A stretch of DNA of 50,819 nt from Gammaproteobacteria bacterium. Lineage in GTDB: Bacteria; Pseudomonadota; Gammaproteobacteria; Xanthomonadales; SZUA-36. The notes below the pieces were generated by a model. The model had not been told where the DNA came from, ran no database searches, and worked only from the letters and a program-made list of their open reading frames with translations. The stretch's first letter is position 1; each line of letters starts with the position of its first letter. This document shows, one piece after another, positions 23,836 through 32,056 of this stretch. Location: positions 1-50,819 of the forward strand of contig BTRB01000001.1 in the NCBI GenBank assembly GCA_036986175.1, given 5' to 3'. The position numbers and the translations under genes are program-made.

Positions 23836-25051
23836 AAGCCCCCCGGGTGGCGCCGAAAATGGCATAAGCCCTGGCGTTCGGACCGGTTGCGACATCATCT
23901 TCACTCAGCCACGAGGTCAACGGCCCCCGCGTTAATCTGACCACAAGCGCAAACAACAGACGGAGCACAAGAATCACTGTGGTAAAAACAGTCCAGAACG
24001 TGACGGCAACAAAGCCCCAGTCAGGTCTGGCAATAACGATGCTCAGGGTCAGCAGGATCAGATTGGGATTGCGCCTCGCGGTGATCAGCCTGAACCATGC
24101 ATCGGAAGGACGCCAGGTGAAAATACTACAGTTTCCAAGCAGTGGAAAAATCCCTTCAACAACCCTTCCGACGATGTAAGCAACAATGATAAGCCAGTAC
24201 ATCTGACCCTGGTCAAAACCTATCACTGGTTGAAAATCTTGCAGTGACATACCCCAGTAAATGTACCAGAACGGTGGGTGAAACAGGTCAATGGCATGGT
24301 CGAACAGATGGCCAAACTTGCTGGATTTAATGGTTACACGGGCCAGTTTTCCATCAACGGTGTCGAGAAACGTCATCAACCAACCAGCCAGCAAGCCCCA
24401 GCCGTACTGTCCTTTCCAGAAGAAGTAAGCAGCAGCGATAACCAGCAATAGTCCCGTGCTGGTGACCATATTTGGCGTTATACCGGTATTTGCACACACA
24501 TGTACCATGCGTTTGGCCGGGCGGGGCCAGACAAATTTGGTGACCAGGTCGGTGATTCCACGGTAAGCATTGCCGTACAACTTATTTTCAAGTTCGGTTT
24601 TTCGTTGCGCAGAAATGGTTTCCAGCAAGGGTGTTGTCGACCTGCGCAGGCTTTCATCAAAGGCCGCCATGTCGCCGGGATGAATCCTCTGCAGGCCATG
24701 GGGCATCTCCCGGCTTCGTTCACGGAAATACGCCAGCATCGCGGGCAGGCGATGGCTATCGATAAAAGCTGCTGCAGCAGAATTATCACCCGGATGTGAC
24801 AACACGGCATCCGGGTGGGCTAAAACACCACTGAGGGTGCGGTTCTCGAACAGAAAATTTCCATTGATCAACAATATTCGGCTGTCTTGGGGAATGTTGT
24901 CTTTGTCTATATCATCCAGCCATCGGATGTCGCTCAAATCACCGCTGGATCCCATGCTGATCTCCAGCAACTGACGTTGCAGGCGGCGGGTAGAATCCAG
25001 TCCCCAAAGACGGGTGGAGGAGAGTTCAGAAACAGCTGCGTAGACGGTCAT
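23822..25051 (-). CDS. CDP-alcohol phosphatidyltransferase-family membrane enzyme with a ~190-aa cytoplasmic N-terminal extension
   Basis: It has a perfect family motif DxxDGxxARx8GxxxDxxxD: FLDTVDGKLARVTIKSSKFGHLFDHAIDLF. Several TM segments follow. The N-terminal domain (VYAAVSELSSTRLWGL...) looks like a degenerate NTP-transferase fold lacking the GxGxR loop. Confidence 0.85.
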   Translation of the reverse strand: MTVYAAVSELSSTRLWGLDSTRRLQRQLLEISMGSSGDLSDIRWLDDIDKDNIPQDSRILLINGNFLFENRTLSGVLAHPDAVLSHPGDNSAAAAFIDSHRLPAMLAYFRERSREMPHGLQRIHPGDMAAFDESLRRSTTPLLETISAQRKTELENKLYGNAYRGITDLVTKFVWPRPAKRMVHVCANTGITPNMVTSTGLLLVIAAAYFFWKGQYGWGLLAGWLMTFLDTVDGKLARVTIKSSKFGHLFDHAIDLFHPPFWYIYWGMSLQDFQPVIGFDQGQMYWLIIVAYIVGRVVEGIFPLLGNCSIFTWRPSDAWFRLITARRNPNLILLTLSIVIARPDWGFVAVTFWTVFTTVILVLRLLFALVVRLTRGPLTSWLSEDDVATGPNARAYAIFGATRGAYAPK

Positions 25052-25149
25052 GCTATATTGCGGCTCATATCAAAGATGGGAGTGGTTGGATGGCGGGTTT
25101 TCGATGCCAACGCCAGCATGGATTATACATTGACCGGTAAAAAAAACAG

Positions 25150-26022
25150 ATGCGTCTGATTCACCTGACCGATCCACATCTCAGCAACCTTGACGGGCTA
25201 AAGCTCTCAGCGTTATGGGGCAAGCGCTGGTCCGGTTATGTCTCGTGGCGCAAGAATCGGCAAAAGAAATACCTGCCGGGTGTGCTGGAAAAACTGTGTG
25301 CCGCTGTGAAAGCTGAAAATGCGGATCAGATCCTGTTGACCGGGGACCTGGTCCAAATCGGCCTGGAAAGCGAGATTGGGCAGGCAGCGGAGTGGCTTGC
25401 GGATCTCGGCTCTGCAGACCGGGTTATGCTGGTGCCGGGTAACCATGATGTATATGCCCGGGGAAGCGCTGCAGTGGTTTGTGATTCCTGGGCTGAATAT
25501 CTGTTTCATGGCGGGCAGCCCGGCCACTTCCCGGTGCTGCGAAAACTGGGAAAGCTTAGTCTGATCGGGCTGTCTACCGCCTGTGCCAGCCCGCTGTTCA
25601 TGGCCACTGGAAAACTCGATACGGGTCAGCTTAAAGAACTGGCCCGGTTGCTGGAGACCGCCGCCGCTGAGCAACAACTGACCTGTTTACTGATCCATCA
25701 CCCACCGTTGCCGCGAATGACCAAGTGGCGCAAGGCCCTTGCCAATGCACAGGCTTTGCAGGATGTCCTCGAACGCTTTGTGCCGCCGTTGATTTTTCAC
25801 GGCCACCTGCACCATAACCGTGAGCAGCAATGGGGGAGTTCACGCATTTTTTGTACCGCTGCAGCATCCAGTGTCAGTGATGCTTCATACCGTGTGATCG
25901 ATATTGAAGACGCTGGTGAATGTTGGTCCTTACACATGGCACTGAAGTCAATTGCTGTTGAAAGCGCGGGTGGGGTGGAGTTTCCGGCGGTTGATGAGCA
26001 GAATTGGTTGGTACCCAAATAA
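25150..26022 (+). CDS. Calcineurin-like metallophosphoesterase (CpdA/GpdQ-like)
   Basis: All the canonical blocks are present: LIHLTDPHL, LLTGDLVQIG, LVPGNHD, LIHHPP, FHGHLHHN. Confidence 0.8.
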   Translation: MRLIHLTDPHLSNLDGLKLSALWGKRWSGYVSWRKNRQKKYLPGVLEKLCAAVKAENADQILLTGDLVQIGLESEIGQAAEWLADLGSADRVMLVPGNHDVYARGSAAVVCDSWAEYLFHGGQPGHFPVLRKLGKLSLIGLSTACASPLFMATGKLDTGQLKELARLLETAAAEQQLTCLLIHHPPLPRMTKWRKALANAQALQDVLERFVPPLIFHGHLHHNREQQWGSSRIFCTAAASSVSDASYRVIDIEDAGECWSLHMALKSIAVESAGGVEFPAVDEQNWLVPK

Positions 26023-26040
26023 ACAGCTTGAATCCCGGCC

Positions 26041-27114
26041 TCACAAGCTCCGGTGGCGAATCGCTGCTATCGCCAGCGCGAGCAGGATAAATGGTGGTGT
26101 AAGGATGACCAGTGAAGGGTTCATACCCAATATTCCGGCCAGTTGGCCACTCAGCTGCTGCACCAGGTAAAAACCGATTCCTATCAAACCCCCAAGCATA
26201 ACCCGCTGGCTTGCGGAAACCGACCGGACTGAATTGAGCACGAAAGGCAGCGCCAACAAAGCCATTGCCAACAGGCTGGGCAACAGGCTGATCTGCTGCC
26301 AGAGAACAATCTCATATTCATGGGTATCAAGTTGATTGCGTCTGAGGTTCGCAATGGTTCTGACCAGGTCATTGGGTGCCAACGCCTCAAGCGGCAACAC
26401 CAGGACAGATGCTTGTTCGGCGGACAGCAGGCCTTTCCATAACATGCTTTCCTGCGTCGTCTCCTGTACGGTCGTTTTCTGCAGTTCGCTAAGCACCACG
26501 CCGTTTAACAGCCAGTTATTATCGCCGGCATAATCTGCACTGGATGCCTGTGTTAATTGTGATAAACGGCCTTTGGAATCGGCGGTATAGATTTCGATAT
26601 CAGCCAACGTGCGGTCAAACCTCACTTCATTGACACGGATGAAAAAAGAGCCGTTGCGGGTCCAGAATGCACCTGTACTGCCGGGGCCTTTTTCCGTGCC
26701 CTGCAGGGACTTGCCACGCAGCTGTGCAGCTTCTCTTTCAAACCTGGGCACGACAGAAAACTGCAGGATTGTGATAGAAATACCGAGAAACACCGCCAGC
26801 ACTGTTACGGTTTGCGCAATACGCCGCTTGGACAGGCCGCTGGTGCGAATAGCAATCAGCTCGCGACTATTGGCCATGGCACCCAAACCCAATAACCCGC
26901 CCAGCAGTGCGGTGACCGGCAGCAGTTCAACAATGCGTTTGGGTGTGGTCAAAAAAACGACCATAAAGGCGTCCGGCAAGTTGAAGTTGCCGCTGCCGAC
27001 TTGCTCCAGTTCTTCAGCAAGTGCCATGAAGCTGAACAAGGCGAGTAATAGCAACAAAACCGGTAGGATGCCGGCCAGGAACTGCTGCATGATGTAGCGG
27101 TCAATCTTCAGCAT
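26041..27114 (-). CDS. lptG: LPS export ABC transporter permease LptG
   Basis: 357 aa from ATG 27114 (MLKIDRYIMQQFLAGILP), of the YjgP/YjgQ family. It overlaps the lptF stop by 14 nt. The ORF-track extension to 27291 is unlikely to be translated. Confidence 0.85.
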   Translation of the reverse strand: MLKIDRYIMQQFLAGILPVLLLLLALFSFMALAEELEQVGSGNFNLPDAFMVVFLTTPKRIVELLPVTALLGGLLGLGAMANSRELIAIRTSGLSKRRIAQTVTVLAVFLGISITILQFSVVPRFEREAAQLRGKSLQGTEKGPGSTGAFWTRNGSFFIRVNEVRFDRTLADIEIYTADSKGRLSQLTQASSADYAGDNNWLLNGVVLSELQKTTVQETTQESMLWKGLLSAEQASVLVLPLEALAPNDLVRTIANLRRNQLDTHEYEIVLWQQISLLPSLLAMALLALPFVLNSVRSVSASQRVMLGGLIGIGFYLVQQLSGQLAGILGMNPSLVILTPPFILLALAIAAIRHRSL

Positions 27115-28174
27115 GATCCTTCCTGCTCTTCCTGCGGATGACCGGAAAGTACAGCCCGGCCACGAGCAGGCCAAGCAATCCGGACACCCACCAGATAGAG
27201 TCGGCGCTGCCCTGTTCCACCCAGCTGCGGCTGACATCCAGCAAGTTGAAGTAAACGGCATATATCCCAAGCGCCAACAACATCTTGGCATAACGCCCCT
27301 GCCGCGGGCGACTGCGGCTCAGCGGAATGGCCGCCAACGCCAGTAACAGGGCAGACAGGGGCGTGGATATACGCCATTGAAATTCTGCCCGCTCTTCTGC
27401 GGCGGGAGATCGCCTTAATGCGCTGGTTGGCGCCGATTTGACCTTGTAGCCCGGTGCTTGTGGGGTTTGTACGGGTATCCACAAAATAAAAGAGCCGAAT
27501 TGTGCCGAAAAGTCAGTGCCATCCCGAACCTTCTTGAACACCTGTGCATCAATGAGTTGCAGGCTGTGAAACTCCGGTTTGGCAAAATAGTTGAAAACAC
27601 CCTTCGAGGCTGTTATTACCTGCAGGTCGTTACCCTTGCGCGTACGGATAAAGATACCGTCCAGATCACTGCCGTTTTCAGCAATGTTTTCAATGAAAAC
27701 CGTACGCTCGCTCTCGCTGAATGTGTAAAACCGCGCTTCCCGAATGCGGCCAGTTTCCGCAGAGACCTCGGCGGCGGCCTTGACCTTGTACGATTGCGCA
27801 TATGCCCACGGCCGCACCCAGCCCGATAACAATGCAACCACGACGGCGACTACAAGCGACAGACGCATAAGCGGGCGCAGCAGGCGGGCCTCGGAGATAC
27901 CGCCTGCACGCATGGCGTAGATTTCTGAATCGGTGTATAAGCGTCCCAGGCCGGTCATGACGGCCAGGAACAGGCTGAGTGGCAGCAATACGTCGAGTGA
28001 TATCAGGGATTTGAGAACAGTCAGTTGTGCGACCTCACCGACTTGTAAAAGGCCCGCATCGGCATCTACAAGAAACCGGCTGAGGCTGTAGGTGATGAAA
28101 ATAACCAGCAGCGCTGTGCAAATCACCAGCAATGGTTGCACAACCTCCCTGATCAGGTAACGGTCAATAATCAT
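27101..28174 (-). CDS. lptF: LPS export ABC transporter permease LptF
   Basis: 357-aa ORF starting MIIDRYLIREVVQPLLVICTALLVIF, of the YjgP/YjgQ family. It sits directly upstream of lptG as in E. coli. Confidence 0.85.
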   Translation of the reverse strand: MIIDRYLIREVVQPLLVICTALLVIFITYSLSRFLVDADAGLLQVGEVAQLTVLKSLISLDVLLPLSLFLAVMTGLGRLYTDSEIYAMRAGGISEARLLRPLMRLSLVVAVVVALLSGWVRPWAYAQSYKVKAAAEVSAETGRIREARFYTFSESERTVFIENIAENGSDLDGIFIRTRKGNDLQVITASKGVFNYFAKPEFHSLQLIDAQVFKKVRDGTDFSAQFGSFILWIPVQTPQAPGYKVKSAPTSALRRSPAAEERAEFQWRISTPLSALLLALAAIPLSRSRPRQGRYAKMLLALGIYAVYFNLLDVSRSWVEQGSADSIWWVSGLLGLLVAGLYFPVIRRKSRKDHAED

Positions 28175-28265
28175 ATTTGTGCAGGTTTCGGCTTTTCATT
28201 TCACACTGTGGTTGCCAGTAGTTGTTATGATCGGGCAGCTTGGTACCTTTCAGCAAGAGTTTTGT

Positions 28266-28760
28266 ATGCTAAAAACACTCCTTCGTTGTCAAATTGTACT
28301 ACTTGCCGTGATGGCCCCTCCCGCCGGTGCATCATCGCCGGCAAACCTCGTCATCGAAACGGTCAGTATCAGCGCAGATGAAGCTTACGAGGATATTCAG
28401 CCCGGTATCCTGCATTTTAACGGTAATTTCACTATGCATAGTCGCGACTGGCAACTGGAATCCGTGCACGCAACAGTTTATGGCCAGCCTGACAGACCGG
28501 ACGAAGTATATCTTAAAGGTTCGCCCGCGCGTTTTCTGATCAACCGCAATCAGGGTGATGGGCAAAGCACGGTGGAAGCTGCGGCTCCGGCGGTGGAATA
28601 TCAGCGTTCCACAAATATGCTGAAATTATCCGGTGGCGCTGTGCTCAAGCTGGACCGTGAAGAAATCAGGAGTGAGGTAATCGAATATAATATCAGCACT
28701 GACCGCTACCGGGCCGCCGGCGCTGATGGGGTGATAATTGAAGTCCCGCCCAGAAACTGA
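28266..28760 (+). CDS. Secreted OstA/LptA-fold protein (second LptA-like paralogue)
   Basis: 164 aa from ATG 28266 with a signal peptide MLKTLLRCQIVLLAVMAPPAGA. The mature part aligns by eye with E. coli LptA block by block: ISADEA...LHFNGNFTM, VYLKGSPARFL, AAPAVEYQRSTNMLKLSGGAVL, IRSEVIEYNI. It is divergent from lptF. The canonical lptA is at 41347-42006. Confidence 0.6.
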   Translation: MLKTLLRCQIVLLAVMAPPAGASSPANLVIETVSISADEAYEDIQPGILHFNGNFTMHSRDWQLESVHATVYGQPDRPDEVYLKGSPARFLINRNQGDGQSTVEAAAPAVEYQRSTNMLKLSGGAVLKLDREEIRSEVIEYNISTDRYRAAGADGVIIEVPPRN

Positions 28761-28784
28761 TTGTGACTAATTGAGAACGCCCCC

Positions 28785-29513
28785 CTAGGTCGGCCACTGA
28801 CTAACGACATCTGGCGCAGCAGCGAAATCGTTCGCATCATCGACTTCGCACCAGCTTAACCCGTGGATAGGACAAATGCCGACAATGCCCTCACTGGCAA
28901 GCTGGTCAATAGCGGACAAGTACCAGAGTTTTAGAGCATTTACCTGGTCCATCATTTCCTCGAGTTTAAGTGCAAAAGCCTCTGCACCCGCCTGGTTGAA
29001 TACCATCAGGCCAATACTTTCACCGTTCACCAGACTGATATCCAGTTGTTTGCTTACTTTTATCAGGCGATCTCCATCCGCGATGATCTTCATATCGTCC
29101 AGGTCAAAATGAGGCTTGGTGTCGGTAGCGAGGGTGATCGGATAGCCTTTGTCGCAGGCCAACAGGCGCTGTAAAACGGCTGCTTCGAACAGCGTATCAC
29201 CATTCATCAGCACAAATGGCCCGTCCATTTCAGAACGCGCTTCCCAACAGGTACCAAGGTTATCTGTGTGGGCGTACATCGGATTATGCAGTGTCCACAC
29301 CTTGATGCCGGTAACTTTGTCCACGATCGCATCGACCATTTCATAGGCAAACCCGGTAACAACGACCACTTCATCAATATCGCACTGCGCAATCTGGCTC
29401 AATTGCCATTCCAGTATGGAAATGCCGTGAAGTGGCAGGCAGCATTTGGCCAGGTTTGATGTTAGAGGCATCAGTCGACGACCCTGGCCTGCACTCAAAA
29501 TGATAGCTTTCAA
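28785..29513 (-). CDS. LicC/IPCT-type phospho-alcohol (or sugar-phosphate) nucleotidyltransferase
   Basis: 242-aa ORF with a TTG start preceded by AAGGA. The N-terminus is KAIILSAGQGRRLMPLT (GxGxRL loop). Overall length and the C-terminal WCEVDDANDF resemble small cytidylyltransferases of the NTP_transf_3 type. Confidence 0.65.
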   Translation of the reverse strand: MKAIILSAGQGRRLMPLTSNLAKCCLPLHGISILEWQLSQIAQCDIDEVVVVTGFAYEMVDAIVDKVTGIKVWTLHNPMYAHTDNLGTCWEARSEMDGPFVLMNGDTLFEAAVLQRLLACDKGYPITLATDTKPHFDLDDMKIIADGDRLIKVSKQLDISLVNGESIGLMVFNQAGAEAFALKLEEMMDQVNALKLWYLSAIDQLASEGIVGICPIHGLSWCEVDDANDFAAAPDVVSQWPT

Positions 29514-29566
29514 TCAGGAGTTCCTTTTTTACGGGAAAAAGTGCTGCATTAAAACACGATTTCAGC

Positions 29567-29585
29567 ATTCTGCAAAATGCAGAAT
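29567..29585. promoter_or_regulatory. Perfect 19-bp palindrome, candidate operator
   Basis: ATTCTGCA-AAA-TGCAGAAT lies in the 134-bp divergent region between the NTP-transferase (start 29513, minus strand) and the GMC oxidoreductase (start 29648, plus strand). Confidence 0.4.
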
Positions 29586-29647
29586 TGATATACTCACGAA
29601 TGCGTCTGTGCTTTTGTTCAAGGCCCTGGAAACGCAAGGACCCGAGT

Positions 29648-31252
29648 ATGTTGATCGATCTGGAAAAATTCGCTCAGGATATGATGCTTGATGCAGAGGT
29701 TTGCATTGTTGGCGCTGGCGCTGCGGGTGTAGCTCTTGCCCGGGACCTGATGCATGCCGGTCGTGATATATGCCTGCTGGAAGGCGGAGGCATGGACTAT
29801 GAAGACGCCACCCAATCGTTGTTTGACGGCAAAAATATCGGTATGGAATATTACGATCTGGACCATGCCCGCTTGCGTTTTTTCGGCGGCACAACCAATA
29901 TCTGGGGCGGCCGCAACATTCCACTGGATCCAATCGATTTTGAGAAACGTGATTGGGTGCCACACAGTGGCTGGCCAATCACATTCGATGATCTGCAGGC
30001 TTATTACCGTATTGCACACAATTCGCTTGAACTGGGTGAGTTTGACTACGAGGCCGGCAATTGGCAGAAGCTGGGACTGCAACCCATTGGATTTGACCCG
30101 CAAGAGATCACAACGCGGTTTTGGCGCTTTGATGATCTTGCCGAGCGCTTCAACAGTCGCCGCAGTGATGACCTGATCAAATCTGAGAATGTGCGTATTG
30201 TCCTGCATGCCAATACGGTCGGTTTGCAGGCGGCTGAGAATGCTGCAAGCGTCACCCGCCTGGATGCGACTACCCTGCAGGGCAGAAAGTTGCAGGTTAC
30301 CGCGCGTCATTTTGTGCTCGCCTGCGGTGCGATTGAAAATGCCCGTTTGCTGCTGGCTTCCAATACGGTTGAGGCTTCTGGAATCGGCAATCAGCACGAT
30401 CAGCTTGGGCGTTATTTCATGGAGCACCCCCATGGCAGAGTTGCCCATATCGAAACAGAAGATCCGGCAGCCTTCTGGGCATTGTATCGCAAGCGTTATC
30501 CGGCAACTGATGTGCCGGTTGCGCCGGCACTGGTATTGCCGCCGTCTTTACAGAAACGCCTCGGCATTCTTAACAGTGCAGCCACATTCAAACTTCAGAA
30601 AGACCCGGCCAGGGGTGCCACAGTAAGCAAACGGGTGTACCTGAATCTGAAACACAGTTTGTCACCATCTCGATCCGGAAGGCGCTTGTGGCATGCCTGG
30701 CGGGGTACGCAAGATTGGTTGCAGCGCCACGTATCAATGCCCCTGTTGCGTTTTGGTACCAGGGTAAACCGTATGGGCCTGTACGTGATTGCCCGCGCTG
30801 AGCAGGCGCCTAACCCGCACAGCCGGGTATGCCTTTCTAGTGAAATGGATGCACTTGGCTACCCCAGGGCAGACCTGGACTGGCAGCTTTGTGACCTGGA
30901 TAAGGAGACCATGTTGCAGTTTGGCAAAACGCTGGAGCGGGAGTTTGACCGGCTTGGCTTGGGCAAGGTAACAACTTACCAGTGGCTGGAGGACGGTACA
31001 CCTGAGTGGCCGGTTGATGCCAGTGTGGGTAATCACCCCATTGGCGGCTATCACCACATGGGTACAACCCGCATGAGTAACTCCCCGAAGACCGGCGTTG
31101 TGGATGCCAACTGCACAGTCCATGGCTACCAGAACCTGCATATCGCCGGTAGCTCGGTGTTTACAACCGGTGGCTGGGCTAATCCTACTTTAACGCTGCT
31201 GGCGTTGACGCACAGGCTCGGGGATCATCTGAACAGTTTATTGACCCGATAA
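29648..31252 (+). CDS. GMC-family FAD-dependent oxidoreductase
   Basis: 534 aa from ATG 29648. The FAD fingerprint is VCIVGAGAAGVALA. The C-terminal GMC blocks are HPIGGYHHMGTTRMS, VVDANCTVHGYQNLHIAGSSVFTTGGWANPTLT. Confidence 0.8.
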   Translation: MLIDLEKFAQDMMLDAEVCIVGAGAAGVALARDLMHAGRDICLLEGGGMDYEDATQSLFDGKNIGMEYYDLDHARLRFFGGTTNIWGGRNIPLDPIDFEKRDWVPHSGWPITFDDLQAYYRIAHNSLELGEFDYEAGNWQKLGLQPIGFDPQEITTRFWRFDDLAERFNSRRSDDLIKSENVRIVLHANTVGLQAAENAASVTRLDATTLQGRKLQVTARHFVLACGAIENARLLLASNTVEASGIGNQHDQLGRYFMEHPHGRVAHIETEDPAAFWALYRKRYPATDVPVAPALVLPPSLQKRLGILNSAATFKLQKDPARGATVSKRVYLNLKHSLSPSRSGRRLWHAWRGTQDWLQRHVSMPLLRFGTRVNRMGLYVIARAEQAPNPHSRVCLSSEMDALGYPRADLDWQLCDLDKETMLQFGKTLEREFDRLGLGKVTTYQWLEDGTPEWPVDASVGNHPIGGYHHMGTTRMSNSPKTGVVDANCTVHGYQNLHIAGSSVFTTGGWANPTLTLLALTHRLGDHLNSLLTR

Positions 31253-32044
31253 AATCTTCTCGGCCAATTTCTGGTCTGCGATGGAGTCGACATCTACTGC
31301 AGCCCTGGCATGGTCAAGTCGCACGTAGCCGATACTGCAACCGGCAGCTGTTGACAGTGCCTGTAGCGCATCATCCAGGGTCAGTCGTCTGAACACATAG
31401 CGCAGTAAGGCGACGAAGCCAAAGCGGCGTGCGATCCGCCAGGGATGTTTGCGGTCAGCTTCTGCCTGGCGCCAGAAAGACAGTGCCTTCATACCGTTCG
31501 GATTCAGTGCGGCGAACAGGTTACTGCCACAAAACTGTCCGTTCGAGAATTTTAAAACAGTGCGCTTCGATTCCGGCCAGGCAGCCTTGACCAGGGAATA
31601 TGGCACCAGGCCTATGACAAAATCGTGCTTTGATTTGAGTGCCTGAGCCTGTGCCTGTGTGCAGAAATCATCCACGATTTCGCCTGTCACCAGTGCATGG
31701 TCGCCGGCAGTCAGCAGTGCGGGGTAGTGGTTGAGCTTCTCAAGCGCCAACAATGCGCTGGAGGCAGGTCCCGTCGCCGGTGCCAGCCATTGAAAATCCG
31801 GGTCTTGCAGAAGTTGTTGTAAAGCCTGGCTTTGGTTGAGCACATTGGCTGATGGCCCACAGATCACCCCGCCTTGTGCATGTCTGCTGTTATTGATGGC
31901 CTCCATCACACGCCGTAGGGAAGGTTTGCCTGCGACCGGCACCAGCACGCTGGCCGGAATCGCGAAAGCGTGGCTCAGTGCGCTACCGCCGGGGCGCTCC
32001 CCTGCGAGAATGATCGAGCGGAACGGTGCGTTTTGTTTGGTCAT
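31238..32044 (-). CDS. MobA-like NTP-transferase family protein
   Basis: 268-aa ORF with N-terminus RSIILAGERPGGSALSHAFAIPASVLVPVAGKPSL, typical of the NTP_transf_3 / MobA-like fold. It is the last gene of the GT, GNAT-like, NTP-transferase operon. Its end overlaps the GMC gene end by 15 nt (convergent). Confidence 0.55.
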   Translation of the reverse strand: MTKQNAPFRSIILAGERPGGSALSHAFAIPASVLVPVAGKPSLRRVMEAINNSRHAQGGVICGPSANVLNQSQALQQLLQDPDFQWLAPATGPASSALLALEKLNHYPALLTAGDHALVTGEIVDDFCTQAQAQALKSKHDFVIGLVPYSLVKAAWPESKRTVLKFSNGQFCGSNLFAALNPNGMKALSFWRQAEADRKHPWRIARRFGFVALLRYVFRRLTLDDALQALSTAAGCSIGYVRLDHARAAVDVDSIADQKLAEKILSGQ

Positions 32045-32056
32045 GCGATAGTCGGG

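Noticed and set aside
26041-27291. Upstream extensions of lptG (to 27291) and lptB (40626-41555) in the ORF track.
   Set aside because: The extensions overlap the preceding genes (lptF, lptA) in another frame and have no homology. Internal ATGs reproduce the canonical N-termini (MLKIDRY..., [11 protein letters not shown]...).
29618-30448. Long antisense ORFs: 276 aa here, and similarly 43169-43828, 46716-47342, 12422-13018, 14526-14942 and 20270-20674.
   Set aside because: Each lies entirely inside a strongly supported gene on the other strand (GMC oxidoreductase, kdsD, purM, mrcB, yoaA, spt). None has a family signature.
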